This document shows, in pieces, positions 21,863 to 31,329 of a DNA stretch of 64,000 nt; the first letter of the stretch is position 1; each line of letters starts with the position of its first letter. Made by a program: the position numbers and the translations under genes. The stretch comes from Hyphomicrobiales bacterium (lineage in GTDB: Bacteria; Pseudomonadota; Alphaproteobacteria; Rhizobiales; Xanthobacteraceae): contig JBBRAL010000017.1 in assembly GCA_038206805.1 (NCBI GenBank), positions 2,102 through 66,101 on the forward strand, in the 5' to 3' direction. Below the pieces are notes generated by a model. The model was not told the origin of the DNA. It saw nothing but the letters and a program-made list of their open reading frames with translations, and searched no databases.

Positions 21863-23185
21863 CTACTTCGCCAGCAAATCCAGCGCCGCGGCCGGGCTCA
21901 TCATCTCACGACTGCCGTCGGCGCGCTTCTTGACCTCGACCTTGCCCTCGGCCAGCCCGCGTGGGCCGACCATGACCTGCCATGGCAGGCCGATCAGATC
22001 GGCGGTGGCGAATTTCGCGCCGGCCCCTTTGTCGAGGTCGTCGTAAAGCACCTCGACGCCCTTGGCGCAGAGGCCACGATAAAGTTCCTCACACGCCGCG
22101 TCGGTGGCGGCATCGCCCTTCTTGAGATTGAGGATCGCCAGTTTGAACGGCGCTACCGCCTCCGGCCAGATAATACCTGCGTCGTCATGCGAGGCTTCGA
22201 TGATGGCGGCCACCAGCCGGCTCGGTCCGATGCCGTAGGAGCCCATGTGCACCGGCTTCTCACCGCCCTGCCCCGTGGCGACCACCGCCTTCATCGGCGC
22301 GGAATATTTGGTGCCGAAATAGAAGATGTGGCCAACCTCGATGCCGCGCGCAGAAACTTGTTTGTCGGCGGGGATTTTACCGAAGGCCGCCGCGTCATGC
22401 ATGTCGGAGGTGGAGGCATATTGCGCCGTCCAGGTGTCGACGATTCCCTGCAGGCCGGCGACATCGTCGAAATTCACATCCGCCGGAGGCACCGGCAGAT
22501 CGAGCGTGTCCTTGTGGCAGAAGACTTCCGACTCGCCGGTCGAAGCGAGAATGATGAATTCGTGGCTGAGATTGCCGCCGATCGGCCCCGACTCGGCGCG
22601 CATCGGGATCGATTTCAATCCGAGCCGCGCGAAGGTACGCAAGTACGCCACGAACATCTTGTTGTAGGAATGTTGTGCACGGGCCTGGTCGAGGTCGAAC
22701 GAATAGGCATCCTTCATCAGGAATTCGCGGCCGCGCATCAGCCCGAAGCGCGGGCGCACCTCGTCGCGGAACTTCCACTGGATGTGATAGAGATTGAGCG
22801 GCAGGTCTTTGTAAGAGCGCACATAGGCGCGGAAGATCTCGGTGATCATTTCCTCGTTGGTCGGCCCGTACAGCATGTCGCGCTCGTGGCGGTCCTTGAT
22901 GCGCAGCATCTCCTTGCCATAGGCCTCGTAGCGTCCGCTCTCGCGCCATAGATCGGCCGACTGGATGGTCGGCATCAGCAACTCGATGGCGCCGGAGCGG
23001 TCCTGCTCCTCGCGCACAATGGCGCAGATTTTCTGCAGCACGCGGAAGCCGAGCGGCAGAAAGGCGTAGATGCCGGCGGCCTCCTGCCGCATCATGCCGG
23101 CGCGCAGCATCAGCCGGTGCGAGACGATCTCGGCCTCGCGCGGCGGCTCACGCAGGATGGGGAGGAAATAACGGGACAGGCGCAT
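21863..23185 (-). CDS. proS: Proline--tRNA ligase (short alphaproteobacterial type)
   Basis: [27 protein letters not shown] and MGSYGIG motifs. Confidence 0.97.
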   Translation of the reverse strand: MRLSRYFLPILREPPREAEIVSHRLMLRAGMMRQEAAGIYAFLPLGFRVLQKICAIVREEQDRSGAIELLMPTIQSADLWRESGRYEAYGKEMLRIKDRHERDMLYGPTNEEMITEIFRAYVRSYKDLPLNLYHIQWKFRDEVRPRFGLMRGREFLMKDAYSFDLDQARAQHSYNKMFVAYLRTFARLGLKSIPMRAESGPIGGNLSHEFIILASTGESEVFCHKDTLDLPVPPADVNFDDVAGLQGIVDTWTAQYASTSDMHDAAAFGKIPADKQVSARGIEVGHIFYFGTKYSAPMKAVVATGQGGEKPVHMGSYGIGPSRLVAAIIEASHDDAGIIWPEAVAPFKLAILNLKKGDAATDAACEELYRGLCAKGVEVLYDDLDKGAGAKFATADLIGLPWQVMVGPRGLAEGKVEVKKRADGSREMMSPAAALDLLAK

Positions 23186-23322
23186 GTATTCACTGAAGAT
23201 TCGAGGTTAGATCGCCCCCGAGTAAGCGGATCGGCCAGGAAAAGACAAGGCCCGCGATGCTATTTCGGGAATTTATCGCCGCCTCGGGCGTCTATATCAT
23301 TGATAGCATTGCTGAGGCGGTT

Positions 23323-23721
23323 ATGAGGATGTGCCGGTCTATGCGGGTGGGTGGCAGGCGGACGATAGGCTTGGTGGCGATCTGTGCGATCGCCCTGCAC
23401 TCTATTCTGATGGGTGTCGCACCGCTGATTGCCGCACCCACGGACGATCCTTTCTCGGTCATCTGTCACAGTGACGCGTTTAGCGAGGCCAACTCCCCGG
23501 CCGGGGAGTTGCCCGCTGGCCCGGCTTCGGCCCCTTCGCAGCCTTGCGACCACTGCACGCTGTGCAGCGCCATGGCGCTGCCCGCAGCACTCGACGGCGT
23601 GGTCATCGCGCAGCTTTCGCCGCCAAAACTGCTGCGGATCCTGCGTCCGGCCATCGCCGCGCCGCGCGACGGCATCGCCTATTATCCCCATCGCGCCCGA
23701 GGTCCTCCGTCTTTCGCGTGA
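23323..23721 (+). CDS. DUF2946-family protein (signal/TM segment, CxxC, C-terminal RGPP); candidate copper-sensing leader ORF
   Basis: Hydrophobic N-terminus, VICH, CDHCTLC and terminal HRARGPPSFA. Start uncertain (23257/23323/23341). Confidence 0.75.
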   Translation: MRMCRSMRVGGRRTIGLVAICAIALHSILMGVAPLIAAPTDDPFSVICHSDAFSEANSPAGELPAGPASAPSQPCDHCTLCSAMALPAALDGVVIAQLSPPKLLRILRPAIAAPRDGIAYYPHRARGPPSFA

Positions 23722-23781
23722 CGCGAAGGCCGCCAAGCTGCGGCCATGAACATCCTGTCACAGCGATTATGGAGCTACCCG

Positions 23782-24774
23782 ATGTCTCCCCGTATTTGTC
23801 ACGCGGCGCTTGGCGCCGCCGCGGTGGCGCTCATCTCATTCGGCCCGGCGACGGCCCATGAAATCGTCGGCAACCGGTTCTTTCCGGCGACGCTGACAAT
23901 CGACGATCCCGGCGTCAACGACGAGCTGGCGCTGCCGACCGTCTCGCAGTTCAAGACCGGCGACGATCCGTCGGTGAGGCAGCGCGACATATCGGCCGAA
24001 TTCTCCAAACGCATCACCGAGGATTTCGCCGTGTCATTTTCGCCGACCCACAGCAGAATCTATGCCCCCGGCGGGCCGAATATGCAGGGGGCCAGCGGAT
24101 TTCAAAATCTTGAGACGACGTTCAAATACCGCGTCTATAGAAATCCCGAGCACGAATTTGTCATGTCGGTCGGCCTCAATATCGAATGGGGCGGCAGCGG
24201 CGCGCGCGACGTCGGCGCCGAACGCTTCAACGTCTACACGCCGACGCTCTATTTCGGCAAAGGCTTCGGGGATCTGCCGTCCAGCATGGATTGGGCGCGG
24301 CCGTTCGCGGTCACCGGACAGTTCGGCTACACCATTCCAGGATCGGCTTCGACCGCCACCTTCGATCCCGACAGTGGCAGCATCGATACCGAATTCAATC
24401 CGCGCGTTATGATATGGGGCGGTTCGTTGCAATACAGCATGCCCTATCTGAAATCGGCGGTGGTCGATCTCGGCCTGCCGGATTTCTTCAATCGCCTGAT
24501 CCCGATCGTCGAGGCCTCGTTGCAAACGCCGGTGTCGAATACCTTCACCTCCGGTACCGTGACCACCGGCACCATCAATCCCGGTCTTCTCTACGTCGGC
24601 AACACCTATCAACTCGGCATCGAAGCGATGATCCCGGTCAACCGGCAAAGTGGCACAGGTGTAGGCGCCATCGCGCAGTTGCACCTGTTTCTCGACGATA
24701 TTTTTCCCACCACCATCGGACGGCCGTTGTTTGCAGACGCCGTCTCACCGGGGAGGCCGGCATTCGGCAAATGA
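23782..24774 (+). CDS. Exported, probable outer-membrane beta-barrel protein of a copper operon
   Basis: Signal peptide ending ATA-HEIVGNRFFPATL (N-terminal His after cleavage), amphipathic beta strands, ATGA overlap with copC. Confidence 0.65.
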   Translation: MSPRICHAALGAAAVALISFGPATAHEIVGNRFFPATLTIDDPGVNDELALPTVSQFKTGDDPSVRQRDISAEFSKRITEDFAVSFSPTHSRIYAPGGPNMQGASGFQNLETTFKYRVYRNPEHEFVMSVGLNIEWGGSGARDVGAERFNVYTPTLYFGKGFGDLPSSMDWARPFAVTGQFGYTIPGSASTATFDPDSGSIDTEFNPRVMIWGGSLQYSMPYLKSAVVDLGLPDFFNRLIPIVEASLQTPVSNTFTSGTVTTGTINPGLLYVGNTYQLGIEAMIPVNRQSGTGVGAIAQLHLFLDDIFPTTIGRPLFADAVSPGRPAFGK

Positions 24775-25142
24775 CCATGAAACCTTTCACCATCGCCGCC
24801 GTCGCGCTATCTGCCGCACTGCTGGCGAGCGCGCCGGCGCTCGCCCACTCCATGCTGGATCGCGCCAGCCCGCCGGTCGGCAGTTTACAAGCCAGTGCGC
24901 CGCGTGAGGTGGCGCTATGGTTCACGCAGGATTTGGAACCGGCCTTCAGCACGATCGAGGTGCGCAATGCGGAGGGCGCGCTGGTGTCCAGCGGTAAGGC
25001 CCAGGTCGGGCGTTCCGATCGCAGGCAAATTCGCGTGCCGCTCAAGCAACTCACCCCCGGGACTTATCGGGTAAACTGGCGTGTTCTATAGGTAGACAGC
25101 CATCGCACCCAAGGTAACTTCACCTTCCGCGTCGGGCCGTAG
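24771..25142 (+). pseudogene. copC: CopC periplasmic copper-binding protein with an in-frame amber stop at 25089-25091
   Basis: Signal peptide then HSMLDRASP...F.Q.LEPAFS...PGTYRVNWRVL[TAG]VDSHRTQGNFTFRVGP*. The TAG sits at the Ser of the WRVLSxDxH motif. Confidence 0.85.
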
Positions 25143-25185
25143 CCAGCGCAGCGCGGGCGCGGCGATGGGCGTGAAGAGGATTTAA

Positions 25186-26454
25186 GTGAACGACCCGCTC
25201 ATCCTGGTACGCAGCCTTCATATTGCCGCGACCGTGCTGGCGGCCGGCACGGTCAGCTTTCTGGTGCTGGTGGCGGAGCCGGCGGCGCGTACGACCGGCG
25301 CATCGGCAATCGCCGGCGTTCAGGCATTGCGCCGCAGCCTGACGCGCACGATCTGGGCGGCGCTTGGCGTCGCGCTCGTCTCCGGCGTGCTCTGGCTGGT
25401 GCTGCTGGCCTCCGACATTCTGGGCACATCGATCCGCGATGTTTGCCTGCATGGCGGCGCCTGGCAGGTCGCGAATGAGACCCGCTTCGGGCTGATCGCC
25501 GGCGTGCGGGCGGCGCTCGCGCTCCTGCTCGGCCTGCTCCTATTGTGGCCGGCCCGGCGGGGGCTCGCATTGGCCGCCGCGGCCGGCTTGATCGCCCTCG
25601 TCGCCTTGAGCGGTCATGCCGGGGCAACGCCAGACCTTGCCGGACGGGTCTACCTGGCGTCCGACATGGTGCACCTCATAAGCGCCGGCGCCTGGCTTGG
25701 CGGCCTGCCGGCGCTTGCCATGCTGCTGTCGCAGGCCCGCGTCAGCAGCGATCCAGCCTGGCGCGCCTTCGCGACCGCCGCGACCCACCGGTTTTCTCTG
25801 CTCGGCATCCTGTGCGTCGGAGCTCTGCTGGCGAGCGGCGCGGTCAATAGTTGGAACGGGCTCGCCGGTCCGCGCGATCTGGTGGCAACGGTCTACGGCC
25901 AGCTTATCCTGCTCAAGATCGCCATGTTTATCGCCATGACCGCAATTGCGGCAGTCAATCGATACCACCTTACTCCGCGCCTGCCTGCACCCGCGGCGAT
26001 GTGGGCATTGCAACGCAACAGTCTGACGGAGACCGGGCTCGGGCTATGCGTCCTTTTATTCGTCGGCGCGCTCGGCACCATCGAGCCGAGCGCGCATGTC
26101 CACCCAGCGCCCATCGATATTCCGCCGGATGCGGCCTTCACCCATATCCATTCCACCGAGGTCATGGCCGATGTCACCATCAACCCGGGCCGGGCCGGAC
26201 GCGTACAGGCGACTATTCGCCTATCGCACGAAGATTCCTCGGATTTTACAGCCAAAACCGTAACGTTCGCGCTCGACCCGTCCGTCGCCGGTCTTCACAC
26301 CGTCGAGCGCACGGCCGTGCATAGGCTCGACGGAACATGGCAGACCGAGAATATCGAAATACCGCAACCCGGCATCTGGACGGTGCGCGTTATTGTCGCG
26401 CCGGTGACCGGAAACCCCATTGTGCTCGACGCTCCCATCGTGATCGAGCGGTAA
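25186..26454 (+). CDS. copD: CopD-family copper transport membrane protein with C-terminal soluble domain
   Basis: SGHAGA, HLISAGAWLGGL, RFS and YG..ILLKI motifs; C-terminal YtkA-like beta domain. Confidence 0.85.
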   Translation: MNDPLILVRSLHIAATVLAAGTVSFLVLVAEPAARTTGASAIAGVQALRRSLTRTIWAALGVALVSGVLWLVLLASDILGTSIRDVCLHGGAWQVANETRFGLIAGVRAALALLLGLLLLWPARRGLALAAAAGLIALVALSGHAGATPDLAGRVYLASDMVHLISAGAWLGGLPALAMLLSQARVSSDPAWRAFATAATHRFSLLGILCVGALLASGAVNSWNGLAGPRDLVATVYGQLILLKIAMFIAMTAIAAVNRYHLTPRLPAPAAMWALQRNSLTETGLGLCVLLFVGALGTIEPSAHVHPAPIDIPPDAAFTHIHSTEVMADVTINPGRAGRVQATIRLSHEDSSDFTAKTVTFALDPSVAGLHTVERTAVHRLDGTWQTENIEIPQPGIWTVRVIVAPVTGNPIVLDAPIVIER

Positions 26455-26539
26455 TGCAACGGAATATTGGTGACAGCGTCCACACGATCGGCTAAACGGT
26501 CGCATCCGTGAGAATGGGGATTCCGGCGCACAAAGACCG

Positions 26540-26683
26540 GCTCCAAGCTACGGTCCAAGTCTCGGGAGGAAAGCAAATCCTTGGTGCGATAATCGCCGCC
26601 GCCTCGAAAAGCTAAAAGAAAACACGCGAGGAAAAGGATAATGATTTGCGACGAGCAGGGCAGACGCGCCCTGCTCTTTTTTT
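26540..26683 (+). ncRNA. Probable small RNA (alpha-r9/Smr9C-like)
   Basis: ORF-free interval with CCAAGTCTCGGGAGGA ending in a strong terminator. proS/DUF1467 neighbourhood matches the recalled synteny of alpha-r9. 5' end approximate. Confidence 0.4.
26653..26683 (+). terminator. Rho-independent terminator
   Basis: GAGCAGGGC-agacgc-GCCCTGCTC followed by T7. Confidence 0.85.
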
Positions 26684-26693
26684 GTAAAATCGC

Positions 26694-26963
26694 TCAGCTT
26701 GGCGGTCCGGAAATTCTGCTCAGAAATTCATACGGGATCAGCCCGAAACTGTAGATGGCCCAAAGCACGCCGAACACCACGCTCGCCACCACCGTGGTCC
26801 ATAACAGCTTGCTCCACACACGATGAATCGAAGGCGCGCCCGGGTCGGTACCGGGGATAACTTCTCCCGCCTCCTCCTGATTGCGCACGCCCCAGGGCAG
26901 CACGGCGAACAGAACGACCCACCAGATCAGAAAATAGATCGCGATGACGGTGCCGAGCTGCAT
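26694..26963 (-). CDS. DUF1467-family small membrane protein
   Basis: YFLIWWVVLFAVLPWGVRNQ...PGTDPGAP pattern. Confidence 0.85.
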   Translation of the reverse strand: MQLGTVIAIYFLIWWVVLFAVLPWGVRNQEEAGEVIPGTDPGAPSIHRVWSKLLWTTVVASVVFGVLWAIYSFGLIPYEFLSRISGPPS

Positions 26964-26969
26964 TGCGCG

Positions 26970-27374
26970 TCAAGCCTGTTCCAACTCGACCAGCGTGCCG
27001 CAGAAATCCTTCGGGTGCAGAAACAGCACCGGCTTGCCATGGGCGCCGGTCTTGGGCTCGCCGTCGCCGAGCACGCGCGCGCCCTGCGCTTTTAACGCGT
27101 CGCGGGCGGCGCGGATGTCGGCCACCTCGTAGCAGATATGATGGACGCCGCCATCGGGATTGCGTTCGAGGAACTTCCCGATCGGCGAGTCTTGACCGAG
27201 CGGCTCCAGCAGCTCAATCTTGCTATTGGGCAGCGTGATGAACACGGTGGTGACGCCATGCGCCGGCTGCTTCACTTCGGCGGAAACTTCGGCGCCCAGC
27301 GTGTCGCGATAAACTTTTGCCGCCTTGGCGATGTCGCGCACGGCAATGGCGACGTGATTGAGACGACCGATCAT
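26970..27374 (-). CDS. mce: Methylmalonyl-CoA epimerase
   Basis: LNHVAIAV, KIELLEP, GGVHHICYEV and FLHPKD motifs. Confidence 0.93.
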   Translation of the reverse strand: MIGRLNHVAIAVRDIAKAAKVYRDTLGAEVSAEVKQPAHGVTTVFITLPNSKIELLEPLGQDSPIGKFLERNPDGGVHHICYEVADIRAARDALKAQGARVLGDGEPKTGAHGKPVLFLHPKDFCGTLVELEQA

Positions 27375-27408
27375 TTTCTTCCTCTTAGGCTCGCACCGGC
27401 ACTTTTCA

Positions 27409-29088
27409 TCATACCGTCAACACGTGCACGTGACACATCGGCTTTTTGCCCCAGCGCTGCGCGACCGCCGCGCGCACCGCGCGGCGTACCGCTTCGGCCA
27501 CCGCATCGGGATCTCCGCGGCGCTTGCGCGGCAGCGACTCCACGGTCTGCTCGATGACGTCATAGATGGCATCCTCAATGAGTGCGCCATCGCGGTCGCG
27601 TTCCGGAATGCCGATCAGATCAAGCTCCGGGTCGGCCGCCAATACGCCCTTGTCGTCGATCGCCAGCGCGACGGAAACCACGCCGGCAAAGCTCAGGCGG
27701 CGGCGGTCGGCAACAGTGCGCGCATCGGCCGCGACCAGCAGCGAGCCATCCTTGTAGAGACGCCCAGCCGGCACCTCGTCGATAATGCCGGTGTGGCCCG
27801 CCGCAATCCGCACCAGATCGCCGTTGCGGCATTGCACGACCTCTTTCACGCCCAGACTACGCGCCAGCTTGGCATGCTCGGACAGATGCAGGGCCTCGCC
27901 GTGCACCGGAATGAGGATCGCTGGCTTAACCCATCCGATCAGCTCGGCAAGCTCGGCGCGGCGCGGATGCCCCGACACATGCACCAGATGGGTGCGGTCG
28001 GTGATCACTTCGATCCCCAGGTCGATCAGCCCGTTGATGATGCGGCCGACCTCCTTCTCGTTGCCCGGAATGGTGCGGGCGGAAAAGATCACCAAATCGC
28101 CACGCGACAGCGTCACCTCCGGATGCTCGTCGGCGGCAATGCGCGAGAGCGCGGCGCGCGGCTCGCCCTGACTGCCGGTGCACAGCGCCACCACCTTGTT
28201 CGGCGGCAGATAGCCATAGGCGTCGACCGGGCGAAACTCCGGCACGCCATCGAGATAGCCGGTCTCGCGCGCGACCTGCACCATGCGGTCCATGGCGCGG
28301 CCGACCACCACCACCTCGCGCCCGGCGGCGTGCGCTGCCATCGCCACCGTGCGCAAGCGCGCCACATTGGAGGCGAAGGTGGTTACCGCCACGCGGCCAC
28401 GTGCGTTCTTGACCAGTTCGGTAATGGTCTTGCCGACATCGGCTTCCGACGGCGAGCGGCCCTCGCGCACCGCATTGGTGGAATCGCCAATCAGCGCAAG
28501 GCAGCCTTCTTCGCCGAGCGCGCGCAGTTTCTTCTCGTCGGTGACGTCGCCCAGAATCGGCGTAAGATCGATCTTCCAATCGCCAGTATGCAAGACCGTG
28601 CCGCAGGGCGTGCGGATGATGAGCGCGTTCGATTCCGGAATAGAATGCGCCATCGACACCAGCTCGATATCGAACGGCCCGACCTTGAAACGGCTGCCGA
28701 GTTGCACGATGGTGACCGGGATTTCCGGCGCGCCCGGCTCGCCCGCCCGTTTGGCGGCAAACAAAGCGGCGGTAAACGGCGTGGCGTAGATCGGCACTTT
28801 CAGTTTCGGCCACAGGTCGATTAGCGCGCCGTAGTGATCCTCATGGGCGTGGGTGAGCACCAGGCCGACGAGATTTTTGCGCTGCTCCACCAGATAGCGG
28901 ATGTCCGGCAGGATCAGGTCGATGCCCGGCAGGTGCTCTTCAGAGGCAAACGACACGCCGAGATCGACCGCCAGCCAAGCACGCTTGTGCTCGTCGCCGA
29001 TCCCGTAGATCGACAGGTTCATGCCGATCTCGCCGACGCCGCCGAGCGGCGCGAATACCAGTTCCTGCTTCTGTTGCCTCTGTGCCAT
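27409..29088 (-). CDS. rnj: Ribonuclease J
   Basis: LGGVGEIGMN, THAHEDH, HTGDWK and HVSGH motifs. Confidence 0.95.
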   Translation of the reverse strand: MAQRQQKQELVFAPLGGVGEIGMNLSIYGIGDEHKRAWLAVDLGVSFASEEHLPGIDLILPDIRYLVEQRKNLVGLVLTHAHEDHYGALIDLWPKLKVPIYATPFTAALFAAKRAGEPGAPEIPVTIVQLGSRFKVGPFDIELVSMAHSIPESNALIIRTPCGTVLHTGDWKIDLTPILGDVTDEKKLRALGEEGCLALIGDSTNAVREGRSPSEADVGKTITELVKNARGRVAVTTFASNVARLRTVAMAAHAAGREVVVVGRAMDRMVQVARETGYLDGVPEFRPVDAYGYLPPNKVVALCTGSQGEPRAALSRIAADEHPEVTLSRGDLVIFSARTIPGNEKEVGRIINGLIDLGIEVITDRTHLVHVSGHPRRAELAELIGWVKPAILIPVHGEALHLSEHAKLARSLGVKEVVQCRNGDLVRIAAGHTGIIDEVPAGRLYKDGSLLVAADARTVADRRRLSFAGVVSVALAIDDKGVLAADPELDLIGIPERDRDGALIEDAIYDVIEQTVESLPRKRRGDPDAVAEAVRRAVRAAVAQRWGKKPMCHVHVLTV

Positions 29089-29091
29089 GAT

Positions 29092-29847
29092 CTAGGTTCC
29101 GTTCAGGCTGAACACTTCGCCAGCTGTAACGCTGGTCACGCCGCCCGGCTGCTGGAGCAATAGGCGTCCCGCCTCATCGAGCCCCTCGAACCGGCCGCTC
29201 AATTCGCGCTCCGGCAGCCGAACGCGGATCTGTTCGCCCAAACCGGCAGCGCGCTTGAGCCAATCGGTGCGAATTCCGGAAAAGCCCTGCCCGCACTGCC
29301 ATTGCTCAAGCCGGTGCCGCATCGCCCCCGCCAGCGCCAGGAGCGCGGCCTCGGGAGTTACCAGCGCGCCGACGGCGGCAAGATCGGTCGCCGGATAGGC
29401 GGTGTCGTCGGGATGCGTGGCGCAATTAACGCCAATGCCGATGGCGGCCGCAAATGGCGGCACGCTCTCGCCTTCGATCAAGATACCGGCGAGTTTGGCC
29501 CCGTCCAGCAATAGATCGTTCGGCCACTTCACCTTCAGCAGCGGGCCGACCTGCGGCGCGCATTGCGCAATCGCATCATGGACTGCCAGCGCCGCCACGA
29601 ACGACAACTGCGGCGCGTGTTCCGGCGCCGATGGTTCGCTCAACAGCAGCGTGGCGTAGAGATTGCCCGGCGCCGACACCCAGATGCTGCCGCGCCGGCC
29701 GCGCCCACCGCTCTGGCGCAACGCCGTGATCCACAGCGGCCCGCGTTCGCCGGCACGCGCAAGCGCCAGCGCCTCGGCATTGGTCGAGCCGAGCGTTTCG
29801 TAAGCTATGTGCCGAACCCCCGCCAGGTCCGTGGCTTCGCGGTTCAT
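29092..29847 (-). CDS. birA: Biotin--protein ligase
   Basis: GSTN, Q.GGRGRRG..W and KWPNDLL...KLAGILIE motifs. Start trimmed to MNREAT. Confidence 0.93.
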   Translation of the reverse strand: MNREATDLAGVRHIAYETLGSTNAEALALARAGERGPLWITALRQSGGRGRRGSIWVSAPGNLYATLLLSEPSAPEHAPQLSFVAALAVHDAIAQCAPQVGPLLKVKWPNDLLLDGAKLAGILIEGESVPPFAAAIGIGVNCATHPDDTAYPATDLAAVGALVTPEAALLALAGAMRHRLEQWQCGQGFSGIRTDWLKRAAGLGEQIRVRLPERELSGRFEGLDEAGRLLLQQPGGVTSVTAGEVFSLNGT

Positions 29848-29873
29848 CTCGTTTTTGCGCGTGATCCCGCGCG

Positions 29874-31319
29874 TCAGAAAAGCGACTTCGCCGCCACGGT
29901 CGCCGCGTCCAGAAGCGGCGCGGGATAGGCGAAGAACAGCATGACGACCAGACCGGACACGCCCAGCACCAGCCGCAACAGTCCCGGCATGCTCTCGAAA
30001 CCCTTCACAGGTTCGTCGAAATACATGATCTTTACGATGGTCAGATAGTAGTAGGCGCCTACCACGCTGGTCACCACACCGATTACGGCCAACACATAGA
30101 GGCCCGCCTTGATGGCGGCCAGAAACACGTAGAATTTGGCGAAAAATCCGGCGAGCGGGGGAATGCCGGCGAGCGAGAACAACAGCATCGCCAGGAAGAA
30201 CGCCATGGTCGGATGGGTACGCGAGAGGCCTGCGAGATCGCCGATGTTTTCCACCAGCAGCCCATCGCGCCGCATGCTCAGGATCACCGCGAAGGTGCCA
30301 AGCGTCATCGCGACGTAGATCGTCATATAAACCAGCACGCCCTGCACGCCTTGCGGCGTTGCCGCGGCCAGCCCAACCAGCGCAAAGCCCATGTGGCCGA
30401 TCGAGGAATAGGCCATCAGCCGCTTGATGTTGCGCTGCCCGATGGCGGCGAAGGCGCCGAGCGCCATCGAGGCGATGGAGACGAACACCACGATCTGCTG
30501 CCACTGATGCACGATGCCGGGAAACGCCACCATGGTGGCGCGCACGAAGATGGCCATGCCGGCGACTTTGGGAGCCGCGGCAAAGAACGCGGTCACCGGG
30601 GTCGGCGCGCCTTCGTAGACGTCGGGCGTCCACATGTGGAACGGCACCGCTGAAATCTTGAAGCAGAAGCCGACGAACAGGAATACCAGGCCGAAAATCA
30701 GGCCGATATTGGCTCCATTCGCGCTCGCTTTGGCTATCCCAGTGAAGCTGATCGTGCCGGTGAAACCGTACACCAATGACGCGCCATACAGCAGCATGCC
30801 GGACGACAGCGCGCCGAGCACGAAGTATTTCAGGCCCGCTTCGGTCGAACGCACATTATCGCGGTTGGAGGCGGCCACCACGTAAAGCGGCAGGCTCATC
30901 AGTTCGAGCCCGAGATAAAGTGCGATCAGGTCGGCGGCCGAGATCAGCATCATCATGCCGAGTGTGGAGAGCAGGAACAGCACGCCATATTCGAATTTCT
31001 GCTGGTTCTCGGCCGTCAGCCAGTCGAGCGACAGCATCAGCGCGCCGGCCGAGCCGGTAATCGCCAAGAGCTTGAGAAAGCGCGCATAATCGTCGACCAC
31101 AAAGCTGCCGTCGAACAGCACCACGCGGCCAACCGGCATTAACACGATGATCAACGCCGAGAGCGCCAGCAGGCCGACGCAAAAGCCGTTGACGATCCTC
31201 GCACTGCGCGCACTCTGGTGAACGCCGACGCCGACCATCAGCATCAGCATGGCGCCGCCCGCCAGCACGAGTTCCGGCAGGATCGGCAGCAGCCCTTTGA
31301 ATTGCATCAATTGGGTCAT
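29874..31319 (-). CDS. nuoN: NADH-quinone oxidoreductase subunit N
   Basis: EAGLKYF and [22 protein letters not shown] motifs. Confidence 0.96.
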   Translation of the reverse strand: MTQLMQFKGLLPILPELVLAGGAMLMLMVGVGVHQSARSARIVNGFCVGLLALSALIIVLMPVGRVVLFDGSFVVDDYARFLKLLAITGSAGALMLSLDWLTAENQQKFEYGVLFLLSTLGMMMLISAADLIALYLGLELMSLPLYVVAASNRDNVRSTEAGLKYFVLGALSSGMLLYGASLVYGFTGTISFTGIAKASANGANIGLIFGLVFLFVGFCFKISAVPFHMWTPDVYEGAPTPVTAFFAAAPKVAGMAIFVRATMVAFPGIVHQWQQIVVFVSIASMALGAFAAIGQRNIKRLMAYSSIGHMGFALVGLAAATPQGVQGVLVYMTIYVAMTLGTFAVILSMRRDGLLVENIGDLAGLSRTHPTMAFFLAMLLFSLAGIPPLAGFFAKFYVFLAAIKAGLYVLAVIGVVTSVVGAYYYLTIVKIMYFDEPVKGFESMPGLLRLVLGVSGLVVMLFFAYPAPLLDAATVAAKSLF

Positions 31320-31329
31320 CGGGCTTTGC

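Noticed and set aside
24186-24770. 301-aa ORF-track call extending CopC upstream
   Set aside because: The upstream part is an alternate frame of the barrel gene; the real start is ATG 24771, which gives a signal peptide.
25089-25091. Pyrrolysine or alternative genetic code explanation for the copC TAG
   Set aside because: TAG serves as a normal stop elsewhere in the window (lolD, dxr, pyrH, nuoG) and no pyl genes are present.
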